The position numbers and the translations under genes were made by a program. Positions 17,916 through 27,558 of a DNA stretch of 64,000 nucleotides are shown here, one piece after another; positions within the stretch are counted from its first letter, which is position 1; the number at the start of each line of letters is the position of its first letter. The notes below the pieces were generated by a model that saw nothing but the letters and a program-made list of their open reading frames with translations, made no database searches and was not told the origin of the DNA. The DNA lies in the sequence record DRR378314_843; one strand, given 5' to 3'.

Positions 17916-18380
17916 TCAGTCGGTCGAATATGGATTATCTATGCCCAGCGATGCAAGCGCCTTTATTTCCAGACCCTCCATCTTCTCGGCTTCGTGATCG
18001 GTTTGATGATCATGGCCCAGCAAATGCAGATAGCCATGAATGAGAAGATGCGTCAGGTGATCGGCAAGTGTCTTGTTCTGCGCAGTAGCGACTTCTTTCG
18101 CAACACCCAGAGCGACGGCAATATCCCCCAGCATGGGTCGGTCCATGGGATCCGCTGGAAAGGACAGCACATCCGTCGGCTTGTCCTTGCTTCGGAACTG
18201 GCGATTCAAGCCGTGAAGCACATCATTGTCAGCCAGCAGAAGCGCAACGATACCCTCGGCCGGCTCCACCTTCACGGCAGCATCGAAGGCAGTCTGGCAG
18301 ACAGATTCCAGATCGGGAACCTCTGACCACGCGTCCTCTTCGACTATCAGATCAAGTTCGACCATGCGCCCTGCGCTCAA
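17916..18380 (-). CDS. ybeY: rRNA maturation RNase YbeY
   Basis: [25 protein letters not shown]. Confidence 0.95.
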   Translation of the reverse strand: MSAGRMVELDLIVEEDAWSEVPDLESVCQTAFDAAVKVEPAEGIVALLLADNDVLHGLNRQFRSKDKPTDVLSFPADPMDRPMLGDIAVALGVAKEVATAQNKTLADHLTHLLIHGYLHLLGHDHQTDHEAEKMEGLEIKALASLGIDNPYSTD

Positions 18381-19360
18381 CCCTCGCCATGCGCGGCATA
18401 TGCATCAATGATGCGGCTGACGAGGCCGTGACGCACGACATCCGCTGCCGTCAGCTTGTGCACATTCACACCCTCGACATCCGACAGGATCTCAAGTGCG
18501 TGGCGCATGCCAGATGGTTGGCTGCCTTGCAGATCCACTTGCCCCGGGTCTCCTGTGATCACCATTCGGCTGTCCCGACCCAGGCGCGTCAGCACCATCT
18601 TCATCTGCGGAATGGTCGTATTCTGAGCTTCGTCCACAATGACAAATGCATTCTTTAGTGTGCGTCCACGCATGAAGGCGAGCGGCGCGACTTCAATCTC
18701 CCCGCGCGCCATGCGGCGCTCCATCTGTTCCTGCCCCATCAACTCGCGAAGCGAGTCCCAGATCGGCAGCATGTAGGGATCGACTTTCTCTTCAAGTGTC
18801 CCCGGCAGGAAGCCCAACTTTTCCCCCGCCTCCACTGCGGGTCGTGTCACGATCAAGCGCTGACGCGCCCCGGACAGAAGCTCTGAAACACCGGCAGCAA
18901 CTGCTAGGAATGTCTTGCCAGTACCCGCCGGCCCGACACCAAAGATCATTGCATTGTCAGGATTTGCCAACAAATCGATATAGCGTGATTGTCCACGCGT
19001 CTGCGGTGTTATCGGCTTCTTCAGGGAGCGGAATGTACCGAAGGTCTGTTGCGGTGTTCTCGCGGCTTCCAAAGCGCCATCCACATCCATGTCCGAGATG
19101 TCGGCACCTTTTCGCAGGCGCCGCTCCAGCTCAGCCAGAACTGCCTCAGCGATGGATACGCCTTCGGCTTTCCCGACCAGGAGAATACCGCCACCCTGAC
19201 TTTCCGCTTTCAGCCCATATTCATCCAACCGCGTCTCCAGCAATTGGAGATGACGATGATGCGGCCCGCACAAATCACGCAGGGTTTCCGCGTTGCTGAC
19301 CTCATAGATACGGCTGACCGGCGCCTCGGGCGAGGCAGATGGACGACGTTTCACGCTCAA
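18377..19360 (-). CDS. PhoH family ATPase
   Basis: [37 protein letters not shown]. Confidence 0.95.
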   Translation of the reverse strand: MSVKRRPSASPEAPVSRIYEVSNAETLRDLCGPHHRHLQLLETRLDEYGLKAESQGGGILLVGKAEGVSIAEAVLAELERRLRKGADISDMDVDGALEAARTPQQTFGTFRSLKKPITPQTRGQSRYIDLLANPDNAMIFGVGPAGTGKTFLAVAAGVSELLSGARQRLIVTRPAVEAGEKLGFLPGTLEEKVDPYMLPIWDSLRELMGQEQMERRMARGEIEVAPLAFMRGRTLKNAFVIVDEAQNTTIPQMKMVLTRLGRDSRMVITGDPGQVDLQGSQPSGMRHALEILSDVEGVNVHKLTAADVVRHGLVSRIIDAYAAHGEG

Positions 19361-20733
19361 AGGGCAACCTCTCTTGCCCGGATCAATTCACCAGACAGCG
19401 AACTCATCGTTGCGCCGTTAACTTTCACATCCACAATCTTCCCCGTCAGTTCAGCTGGCCCATCGAAATGCACCGCCTGCATCCAGGGCGAGCGACCATG
19501 CGCTTGGCCTTCCAAGCGTCCCCGCCCCGTCACCAGAACTGGCACAGTCTGTCCGATCTTGGACTTGTTGAATGCGGTTTGCTGCTCACGCAGCAATTTC
19601 TGAAGCGCCTGCAGGCGAGCGTCTTTGACGTCTTCTGGTACGTGTCCAAACATTTCCGCCGCCGGGGTGCCGGGGCGGGGGGAGTATTTGAAGGAATATG
19701 CAATCGCGTAGTTCACATGACGCACCAATTGCATCGTTGCTTCAAAATCTTCGTCGCTCTCGCCTGGAAATCCGACAATGAAGTCAGACGCGAGCGCAAC
19801 ATCGGGCTGAGCTTCGCGCACCTTGCGAATAATTTCGCGATACTCGTCTGCCGTGTGGCCACGGTTCATGGCTTTCAAAATCCGATCCGAGCCGGACTGC
19901 ACCGGCAAGTGCAGGAAAGGCTGCATTTGTGGCGTGTCACCATGCGCCGCGATCAGGTCATCATCCATGTCACGCGGATGGCTGGTTGTATAACGAATAC
20001 GTTCAATGCCGCCGATCTTGGCAAGGTGCCGACAAAGCTGTCCCAAGGTCCAGTCTTCCCCGCCCTCTACCTGGGGAGCTGCGCCATGAAACGCATTGAC
20101 GTTCTGACCGAGCAACGAAATCTCGCGAACACCTTGCGCCGCCAAATTCCGCGCTTCCATCACGATATCGTCGACCGGGCGCGACAGCTCAGCGCCGCGC
20201 GTATATGGCACAACGCAGAAGGTGCAGAACTTGTCGCAACCCTCCTGCACCGACAGGAAGGCCGTCGGCCCATCGGCCTCACGCGTCTTCGGCAAAGCGT
20301 CGAATTTTTCCAGAGTCTCGAAATCCGTTTCGAGACGATCCCCAACAGCGCGGCTGGCCCGCGCGATCATCTCCGGCAATTTGTGATAGGCTTGTGGGCC
20401 CAGAACCAGATCGACGAGCGGTTGGCGGCGCATGATTTCCTCGCCTTCGGCCTGTGCCACACACCCAGCCACAGCGATTGTCATGTTGCTGCCGGTGTTC
20501 TGCTTCATCCGCTTGAGTTGGCCGAGCTCTGAATAGACCTTCTCAGTTGCCTTCTCGCGGATATGGCACGTGTTCAACACGACAAGATCAGCAGCCTCGG
20601 GCGTATCCACCGGCGCATAGCCGAGCGGACGCAATACGTCCCGCATGCGCTCGGAGTCATAGACATTCATCTGGCACCCATAGGTCTTGATAAAGAGACC
20701 CTTGGTGTTCTGTTTCGCCTCTGGAGTATTCAT
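19357..20733 (-). CDS. miaB: tRNA-2-methylthio-N6-dimethylallyladenosine synthase
   Basis: [28 protein letters not shown] radical SAM motif, TRAM domain; start taken at ATG 20733. Confidence 0.95.
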   Translation of the reverse strand: MNTPEAKQNTKGLFIKTYGCQMNVYDSERMRDVLRPLGYAPVDTPEAADLVVLNTCHIREKATEKVYSELGQLKRMKQNTGSNMTIAVAGCVAQAEGEEIMRRQPLVDLVLGPQAYHKLPEMIARASRAVGDRLETDFETLEKFDALPKTREADGPTAFLSVQEGCDKFCTFCVVPYTRGAELSRPVDDIVMEARNLAAQGVREISLLGQNVNAFHGAAPQVEGGEDWTLGQLCRHLAKIGGIERIRYTTSHPRDMDDDLIAAHGDTPQMQPFLHLPVQSGSDRILKAMNRGHTADEYREIIRKVREAQPDVALASDFIVGFPGESDEDFEATMQLVRHVNYAIAYSFKYSPRPGTPAAEMFGHVPEDVKDARLQALQKLLREQQTAFNKSKIGQTVPVLVTGRGRLEGQAHGRSPWMQAVHFDGPAELTGKIVDVKVNGATMSSLSGELIRAREVAL

Positions 20734-20889
20734 GGGCGGGCTTATGCCTGAAAATGACTGCCGCTGCCAGAACCTTGTGCGCCTCGCCTGCAGCCACGGC
20801 AATCCTGTGCCATCCCTGCGACAAAAGCTTCACACGGCCCGAAAGCTGGCTAGTGTGCGGCCAAGCAATCAAAGGAGCCGGGGAGGCCC

Positions 20890-22614
20890 ATGGATATCAT
20901 CAAACTCATCGAGAACATCTCTGGATTTATCTGGGGGGGGACCTGGGGAGACGACGTCATCATTCCGGGCCAGATTGGCCCACTCGCCGTGGTCCTTCTA
21001 GGCACGGGCCTGTTCATGATGGTCCGTTTGGGCGCGCGTCCCGTGCGCCGTTTCGTGCCTGCGTTGGTCGAAGTCTGGCAAGGCCGCAAGGCTCAGGGCG
21101 AAGATGGCGCCATCACACCGTGGCAGGCGCTTTCGACCGCCCTGTCGGGTCAGGTCGGCACCGGAAACCTAGCAGGTGTGGCCACGGCTATCACTCTGGG
21201 TGGACCTGGCGCAATCTTCTGGATGTGGGTTGTTGCCCTGTTCGGCATGGCACTCGCCTTCTCCGAAAGCTCTCTCGCGATCAAATATCGCGAAACAGAC
21301 GAGTATGGCCGCATCAATGGCGGCCCGATGTACTATATCAAGAACGGTCTGGGCAAAGGCTGGGGCTGGCTCGCGGTCATTTTCTGTCTCGGAACCCTGT
21401 TCTCCGCAATGGCGACCGGGTCAATGATTCAGGCCAATTCCATCACCGAAGCCGCACTGGAAACAGGCTCACATCTCGGCGTCAGCATTCCGAACTGGAG
21501 CGTCGGCATCCTGCTTTCTGTTCTGGTGTTTGCGGTCATTATTGGCGGCATCAAGTCGATTGGCTCCTTTGCTGGCAAAGTTGTGCCTGTCATGGCTGGC
21601 CTCTATGTTCTGATCGCCTTCCTTGTCCTTGTCGTGAATGCAGACAAGGTGCCTGGCGCCTTCATGCAGATCATCGGCACGGCATTTGGCTGGAAAGAAG
21701 CCGCCGGGGGCGCAGCAGGTTACGGCGTCATGCAAGCGGTGCGCTACGGTATTGCCCGCGGCTTGTTCTCCAACGAAGCCGGTCAGGGCTCCGCCCCGAT
21801 CGCACACGCAGCAGCTCAGACCAAGAATCCCGTCATGCAGGGCGAAATCGCCATGATCGGCGTGTTCATCGATACGATCATCATCTGCACCATGACCGCG
21901 TTGGTCATCCTGACAGTACAGGGCGACTTCAAGAAGAGCCCCGCCCTGATGGCAGCGAATGCGTGTTTTGATGCGGGCATCGAAATGCCGATAAACCCGG
22001 ACGCAACCGACGGCGCGAAATATGGCGTATCGGACCTGTTCCCGTCCGCGTATGAAGACGGGCGCGAAGCGAAGATCGCGGCTGTGGGACCAACTGCCCA
22101 ATCCTACCTCTTGGCCTGTCAGGCGTCGGGCAAGGTTGACGTCTCTCAGGAAGCGCTCGACGCGTCTGGCAATCCTGAGATCCTGATGGATGTGAACCAT
22201 GCCTGGGAAACGGACGCGAATTCGGCGGCTGTCACGACGCGCGCCTACGCTGCCGCCATTCCGGTCATCGGGCCCTGGATCGTGCCGGTTGCACTGTTCT
22301 TCTTCGCCTTCACCACCATCATTGGCTGGTCTTATTACGGCGAGCAGGCCGTGACCTATCTCATTGGCGAATGGGCGACACATCCATTCCGCTACATCTG
22401 GGTTGTTGTCGTGTTCCTTGGCACGGTGGCCGCAGCTGATTGGCTCTGGCTACTCGGCGACATCGCGAACGCCTCGATGGCTTTCCCGAACCTGATCGCC
22501 ATCCTTGCGCTTTCGGGCGTCGTAGCTGCCATGCACAGGTCGAACGGAGATCCCGACAAGGGCCATCCGGTGCACGACTATCGCGAAGAGTCGCGCCACC
22601 CCGAACAGGACTAG
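20890..22614 (+). CDS. alanine/glycine:cation symporter (AGCS family)
   Basis: GQVGTGNLAGVA, GGPGAIFWMW, GGPMYY, RGLFSNEAGQGSAPIAHA. Confidence 0.93.
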   Translation: MDIIKLIENISGFIWGGTWGDDVIIPGQIGPLAVVLLGTGLFMMVRLGARPVRRFVPALVEVWQGRKAQGEDGAITPWQALSTALSGQVGTGNLAGVATAITLGGPGAIFWMWVVALFGMALAFSESSLAIKYRETDEYGRINGGPMYYIKNGLGKGWGWLAVIFCLGTLFSAMATGSMIQANSITEAALETGSHLGVSIPNWSVGILLSVLVFAVIIGGIKSIGSFAGKVVPVMAGLYVLIAFLVLVVNADKVPGAFMQIIGTAFGWKEAAGGAAGYGVMQAVRYGIARGLFSNEAGQGSAPIAHAAAQTKNPVMQGEIAMIGVFIDTIIICTMTALVILTVQGDFKKSPALMAANACFDAGIEMPINPDATDGAKYGVSDLFPSAYEDGREAKIAAVGPTAQSYLLACQASGKVDVSQEALDASGNPEILMDVNHAWETDANSAAVTTRAYAAAIPVIGPWIVPVALFFFAFTTIIGWSYYGEQAVTYLIGEWATHPFRYIWVVVVFLGTVAAADWLWLLGDIANASMAFPNLIAILALSGVVAAMHRSNGDPDKGHPVHDYREESRHPEQD

Positions 22615-22629
22615 ACGCGACATACAACC

Positions 22630-22669
22630 AAAAAAAAGCCCCGCATGGTTCACACCGGGCGGGGCTTTT
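22630..22669. terminator. bidirectional intrinsic terminator
   Basis: A8-GCCCCGC...GCGGGGC-TTTT between convergent genes. Confidence 0.8.
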
Positions 22670-22688
22670 CTATTCCACTTTGTGCCGT

Positions 22689-23162
22689 CTACCAGACGCC
22701 AATATTCTCTGCGCTGGCCCAAGGTTCTTTCGGGCCAAGCGGCTCGCCCTTCTGAAGCAGTTCAACCGATATCCCGTCCGGCGATCGGATGAAGGCCATG
22801 CGGCCGTCACGCGGCGGACGGTTGATCGTCACACCGAGATCCTGCAGGCGCTCGACCGCGCCATAGATATCGTCGACAAGGTAAGCGAGGTGGCCAAAAT
22901 TCCGGCCACCAGAATATTCTTCCGGGTCCCAATTATAGGTCAGCTCCACCATCGGGATGTCGGTCTGGGTCGGGTTTACCCCTTCTGGCATCCCGCCCAT
23001 GCGATCAACATCTTCAGGTGTCGCCAGAAACACCAGAGTGAACCGCCCGGCTTCGCTGTCCATCCGACTGACTTCTTTCAGCCCCAGACCCTCGCAGAAG
23101 AATTTGAGAGATGCATCGATGTCGCTGACGCGCACCATTGTATGCAGATATTGAATGCTCAT
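22689..23162 (-). CDS. VOC/glyoxalase I family protein
   Basis: YLHTMVRV, VELTYNW, GRNFGHLA, RPPRDGRMAF. Confidence 0.9.
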   Translation of the reverse strand: MSIQYLHTMVRVSDIDASLKFFCEGLGLKEVSRMDSEAGRFTLVFLATPEDVDRMGGMPEGVNPTQTDIPMVELTYNWDPEEYSGGRNFGHLAYLVDDIYGAVERLQDLGVTINRPPRDGRMAFIRSPDGISVELLQKGEPLGPKEPWASAENIGVW

Positions 23163-23617
23163 GACTGGCCTCCGTTAAGGTCCCGAATGACTTGTTTGAA
23201 TGTGGGTGGCATCAGCGCATAGTAGCGCCGCATCGCGATCGCCAACAGGCCGATCGTCACGAGCATGAAGGCAAGAAACACGGAAAATGTGTGAATAAGC
23301 GTTCCGGTCTCAAAGACCGGGGACTGCCCACTCAGCCGCCAGAATGTCAGCCATAGCTGGTTGAAGCCGGCGACAAATGGCCCAAGAAGTCCGAATACGA
23401 TGACCGCACACGCGAAGAAATAGGTTGCGGCCCTCGGCCCTTCGCTACGCAGATAGAGATCTGTGAACTCTACCTCAGTCACATCCTCCGGAATCTCGCC
23501 CGATGCCTTGCGCACCGCTAAAACTTCCGGGGCGAAATCGCGCGCCTGTTTCCAACGCCAAGCCAGATGACCGCCCCAGGCAACAAGCGCGGCAAGAATA
23601 ATCAGGAATGCGAGCAT
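23159..23617 (-). CDS. hypothetical membrane protein (about 3 TM)
   Basis: Hydrophobic helices; ATG at 23617; stop overlaps the next start (ATGA). Confidence 0.65.
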   Translation of the reverse strand: MLAFLIILAALVAWGGHLAWRWKQARDFAPEVLAVRKASGEIPEDVTEVEFTDLYLRSEGPRAATYFFACAVIVFGLLGPFVAGFNQLWLTFWRLSGQSPVFETGTLIHTFSVFLAFMLVTIGLLAIAMRRYYALMPPTFKQVIRDLNGGQS

Positions 23618-23670
23618 GAGCGTTTTCGGTCCGGGATCTGCGGCGGAATGCCGTCTGCCCGGCGCCTGTA

Positions 23671-24555
23671 TCAGGCCGCGCAGGCACGTTCGAGGGTCAA
23701 CATGGCACGCTTGCGCGCCACACCCCAATGATAATTATGAAGCCGACCGTCCGCTGCAAGGGCACGGTGACAGGGAATAAACCAGCTTATGGGATTTGCA
23801 CCCACCGCCGCCCCAACAGCACGTGCTGCCTTGGGGTTGCCACTCGCCTTGGCAAGCGCCCCATAGGTCGAGACGGTGCCCATCGGAATATCCAGCAATG
23901 CCCGCCAGATCTGCCGCCGGAACGGCGTGCCATAGAGTGCCACGGGCAACGGCTCGCCTGCCTCGAATACACGGCGTGCCATCTGTTCGGCCTCCGCATC
24001 ATCGCGCCGGATACTCGCCCCCGGATATCGCCCAGCCAAATCTGCAAACGCATTTTCTTCCGTGCGCCCCTGATGCTCGAATCCGGTCCTCTCAGGTGGG
24101 TTTTCATCGATAAAGCCAAGCGCCACCAATCCTCGTGGAGAAATGAGCCAAGCCCCTTCTCCAAAAGGTGTTGGCGCGCGTCCGAGTACAAGGTCCGCTC
24201 CCTTGCCGCCTGCCTTCGCTTCACCAGGTGAAAGCCCTTCGTGCGCGATGAAGAGATCGTGCAGTCGTCCCGGCCCGGACAGGCCTGTTTCCAGAGTCGC
24301 ATCCAGCACACTTGCCCCCTCTCGAAGCAGGTCACCGGCTGCTGCATGTGCCAGAGCGGATTGGTATTGCTTCGGGCTTATCCCGGCCCATCGAGTGAAC
24401 TCGCGCTGAAAATGACTGGGTGACAAGCCAACGGACTTCGCAGCCGTCGCCAAGTCTGGCCATTCCTGCCAAGTGTCGCCCAAATAGGACAGAGCATCTG
24501 CCATGCGCTCATAAGCGACAGCGCGCTCATCAAGGGAGTGGGAAACAGTCATCAT
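23671..24555 (-). CDS. AraC-HTH/methylated-DNA-protein-cysteine methyltransferase (Ada-like, lacking the N-terminal Zn domain)
   Basis: LSPSHFQREFTRWAGISPK, SGPGRLHDLF, ARAVGAAVGANP, IPCHR; start at ATG 24555 or 24552. Confidence 0.9.
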   Translation of the reverse strand: MMTVSHSLDERAVAYERMADALSYLGDTWQEWPDLATAAKSVGLSPSHFQREFTRWAGISPKQYQSALAHAAAGDLLREGASVLDATLETGLSGPGRLHDLFIAHEGLSPGEAKAGGKGADLVLGRAPTPFGEGAWLISPRGLVALGFIDENPPERTGFEHQGRTEENAFADLAGRYPGASIRRDDAEAEQMARRVFEAGEPLPVALYGTPFRRQIWRALLDIPMGTVSTYGALAKASGNPKAARAVGAAVGANPISWFIPCHRALAADGRLHNYHWGVARKRAMLTLERACAA

Positions 24556-24683
24556 GAAACATGAATGCCGGGCTACAAACTCAAGTGCCACCCGTTTCTT
24601 GCGGCACATCTCACCAATTGAGACTTCCCAGCCCAACAAAAGCCCGGCAAGTATAATCCGTAAAAAGTCCTGGGAGACATAAA

Positions 24684-25631
24684 ATGGCTGATGCGCGCAG
24701 TATTATCCTGCATGAGTATCCAACCTCACCTTATGCAGAAAAAATCCGGCTCGCATTGCGCCTCAAGAATTTGGCATACAGTCGGGTAGAGATTCCGGTC
24801 ATCATGCCACGGCCCGACCTAATGCCTCTGACCGGCGGCTATCGACGTACGCCTGTAATGCAGATTGGCGCGGATGTCTTTTGCGACACAGCGATAATCT
24901 TGCGGGAGTTGGAGGCACGCTATCCAATGCCTGCGCTGAAGCTGCCCGGCCATGAGGGGCTGGCCCAGATGGTCGCGGGCTGGACCGATGGTCGATGGTT
25001 CCAAAGCTCTGTCGCCGTTATCTTCGGGGAAATGGGTGACAAGGTCCCGGAAGCCTTCAGGAAAGATCGCGAAACTCTTTCCGGGAGACCCTTTGACGTC
25101 GATGCGATGAAGGCCGTCGCGCCGATGATGCGCGATCAATGGCGTGCGCGCCTGATGCTGCTGGAAGAACGCCTGCAGGGCGGGCAAGGCGCCGGGGCCG
25201 GTATCTACCTTGTCGGAATGAAGCCCGGCCTGGTCGACATCCACGCCTATATGAATGTCTGGTTCATGCATCAGAATGTGCCGGATTTTGTCGCCAAATG
25301 CTTCGAAACTGCCGATCTGACAAAAGCGTGGTTTGAGCGACTGCAGGAATTCGAAGGACAAACTCCGGAAACGATTACGTCCAAAGACGCGTTGGAAATC
25401 GGGCTGAATTCAGCACCTCGCCTGGTCGCCGCGACGACGCGTAATGAACCACAAGAGTTTGCCCCCGGAGAGAACGTAGCTGTTGCCCCGGACGATTACG
25501 GTCAGGTCTGGGTGGAAGGTGAACTCGTGCATGCAGACTCTCAACGCATCATCCTGCAACGTACGTTGCCAGAGGCCGAAACGGTTCATGTTCATTTTCC
25601 TCGCGCCGGATTCCTGGTGCGCCGAGCCTAG
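24684..25631 (+). CDS. glutathione S-transferase family protein
   Basis: SPYAEKIR, TGGYRRTPVMQIGADVFCDT, VHVHFPRAG. Confidence 0.9.
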   Translation: MADARSIILHEYPTSPYAEKIRLALRLKNLAYSRVEIPVIMPRPDLMPLTGGYRRTPVMQIGADVFCDTAIILRELEARYPMPALKLPGHEGLAQMVAGWTDGRWFQSSVAVIFGEMGDKVPEAFRKDRETLSGRPFDVDAMKAVAPMMRDQWRARLMLLEERLQGGQGAGAGIYLVGMKPGLVDIHAYMNVWFMHQNVPDFVAKCFETADLTKAWFERLQEFEGQTPETITSKDALEIGLNSAPRLVAATTRNEPQEFAPGENVAVAPDDYGQVWVEGELVHADSQRIILQRTLPEAETVHVHFPRAGFLVRRA

Positions 25632-25698
25632 GCCGCCTTGCCAGAAAGGCCCTGCCCGCTAGTCTCGATACGGCAGCGTTTCGCAACGGAGATGGATC

Positions 25699-26508
25699 AT
25701 GGACAGGCGGCTTTGTCTTATCACGGGCGCTTCAGCGGGCATCGGCGCCGAATTCGCCAGACAATATGCAGCACTCGGCTGGGACGTCGCTTTGACTGCC
25801 CGCCGCAAAGATCGTCTTGAGGAACTGGCTACCGAGATCGAAAGCAAGTACGGCGTTCACGCTATCTGCATCGTACAGGATCTCGCCCGGGCGAATTCGG
25901 CCGACAAGATTCTGTCCACGCTCTCGGAGCAGGACCGACACGTGGACGCGTTGGTGAACAATGCGGGCTATGGTCTGCCCGGTACTTTCTTCAACACGAG
26001 TTGGAAGTCGCAGGCAGAGTTCCTACGCGTGCTCTATACGGCCCCGATCGAACTCGCGCACAAGGTTCTGCCTGGCATGTCTGATCGCGGATATGGACGC
26101 ATCATCAATGTCGCCTCGCTGGCAGGCTATGCGCCGGGTAGCAACGGCCATACCCTCTACGCCAGCGTGAAGGCCGGGCTCATAAAGTTCTCTGAAAGCC
26201 TGAATGCGGAGTGCGAGGCGCTTGACGGGGCTGACATACATTGCACCGCGTTATGCCCCGGGTTCACCTATAGCGAATTCCACGACGTAAATGGCACACG
26301 CGAACAGATGAAAAGCATGAGCAAACGGATGTGGATGGAGGCTGGACCTGTCGTAAAAGCAGGCATCGACGCGGTGAACCGGGGACAACCGGTTGTCGTT
26401 CCGGGTGTGGTGAACAAAGGCCTCGCGACTCTGACGCGGCTGATGCCTGAACCTCTCGGCCGCGCCATCATGCGTCGCCAAAGCCGCACAATTCGTCGCC
26501 AGGATTAG
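25699..26508 (+). CDS. SDR family oxidoreductase
   Basis: TGASAGIG, NNAG, YASVK. Confidence 0.92.
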   Translation: MDRRLCLITGASAGIGAEFARQYAALGWDVALTARRKDRLEELATEIESKYGVHAICIVQDLARANSADKILSTLSEQDRHVDALVNNAGYGLPGTFFNTSWKSQAEFLRVLYTAPIELAHKVLPGMSDRGYGRIINVASLAGYAPGSNGHTLYASVKAGLIKFSESLNAECEALDGADIHCTALCPGFTYSEFHDVNGTREQMKSMSKRMWMEAGPVVKAGIDAVNRGQPVVVPGVVNKGLATLTRLMPEPLGRAIMRRQSRTIRRQD

Positions 26509-27344
26509 TCGCCGGTCGCCGTAAACTCTTCGCGAATACGATTGGCGGTCGGTGTCGTATCCGTCTTTCGCCAGTCCTTTGCGGTTCGCTCGCGTACCTT
26601 TTCAGGCCGTTTGCCGCGTTTGACCTCAGCGTGTTCTTCGCGGCCTGAGGACACAATCGGGCCCTCGAAAAAGGCCGACCAGTATTTCCCGAGCACTTCC
26701 GCGCGGCCCTCAAGCGATCGCAGTTTCCGGCGCTCTTTCCAACTCGTCAGCTTGATGCCTTCCGTCTTGATGCGCTTTTCAGCACCGGCGAACTGAAGAC
26801 AGCCGGAATAGCGTGTCGGCGCACCCCCCGTCAGATCAAACTGGACCTCGCCAAATCCCTCTGCCTGCCGGCCTGACTCAATTGGCAGCGTTTCGCGAAA
26901 CTTGAAGTCGATACGTGGCCAATTGAACCCCAGATACTCGGCATGCAGGCCGCTCTCGACCTCACCGATGCGCGTAAGGGTGGATGAGGAAATCAGAATG
27001 CCGTTACGCGCGGGCTTCAGCGTCACAATCGCGATGCGCGGCCCATTGGGGCCGCCGCGTTCCGCCTGAATCCAGCTTCCTTCGACAAAAGATCGCCCCA
27101 GAACCCACCGCCGAGGCCACCCCAGCTTCAACAATCCCGGCAGGATAATACCTGACAACACAGACCAGACGATGAGCAACACCAATCCGGCGCCAACCAA
27201 ACCACCCCATCGGGCGACCGCACTCTCGCCTGCGACCTGAAAAATCGTCTCGCGAACCGTCGGCCCGAAGGCGACAATTCCTGCAAGAACAACACTCGAC
27301 GCCAGAAGGCTGGAGATTGCGCTGAAGCGATTGTAGGGGTTCAT
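26505..27344 (-). CDS. hypothetical protein, two N-terminal TM helices plus beta-rich domain
   Basis: 279-aa ORF filling the gap between genes; hydrophobic N-terminus. Confidence 0.65.
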   Translation of the reverse strand: MNPYNRFSAISSLLASSVVLAGIVAFGPTVRETIFQVAGESAVARWGGLVGAGLVLLIVWSVLSGIILPGLLKLGWPRRWVLGRSFVEGSWIQAERGGPNGPRIAIVTLKPARNGILISSSTLTRIGEVESGLHAEYLGFNWPRIDFKFRETLPIESGRQAEGFGEVQFDLTGGAPTRYSGCLQFAGAEKRIKTEGIKLTSWKERRKLRSLEGRAEVLGKYWSAFFEGPIVSSGREEHAEVKRGKRPEKVRERTAKDWRKTDTTPTANRIREEFTATGD

Positions 27345-27558
27345 TTAAAAGGCGGCTCCGTCAGGGTTCGGTGTGCGTGATCCCCTTTCCGGAAATCCGA
27401 CCTTGAACACCGATTACCGCAACGCCAGTCGGGACGCCACGCATATTCTGTTGTTTCCTGAAAGCGAGACGTATTGTTGCAGCGCACAACTTATCCATGA
27501 CTTGCCGCCCACTGCGCCCTATAATCAGAAAAAACAGAAATCTCTGGAGGAAGTTCGA

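Noticed and set aside
19357-20733. Radical SAM enzyme as a partner of the peptide cassette
   Set aside because: It is the housekeeping MiaB in its usual operon, 14 kb away.
27373-27558. Upstream extension of the acyl-CoA dehydrogenase ORF
   Set aside because: The region looks intergenic and regulatory, and a GGAGG SD precedes the ATG at 27559.
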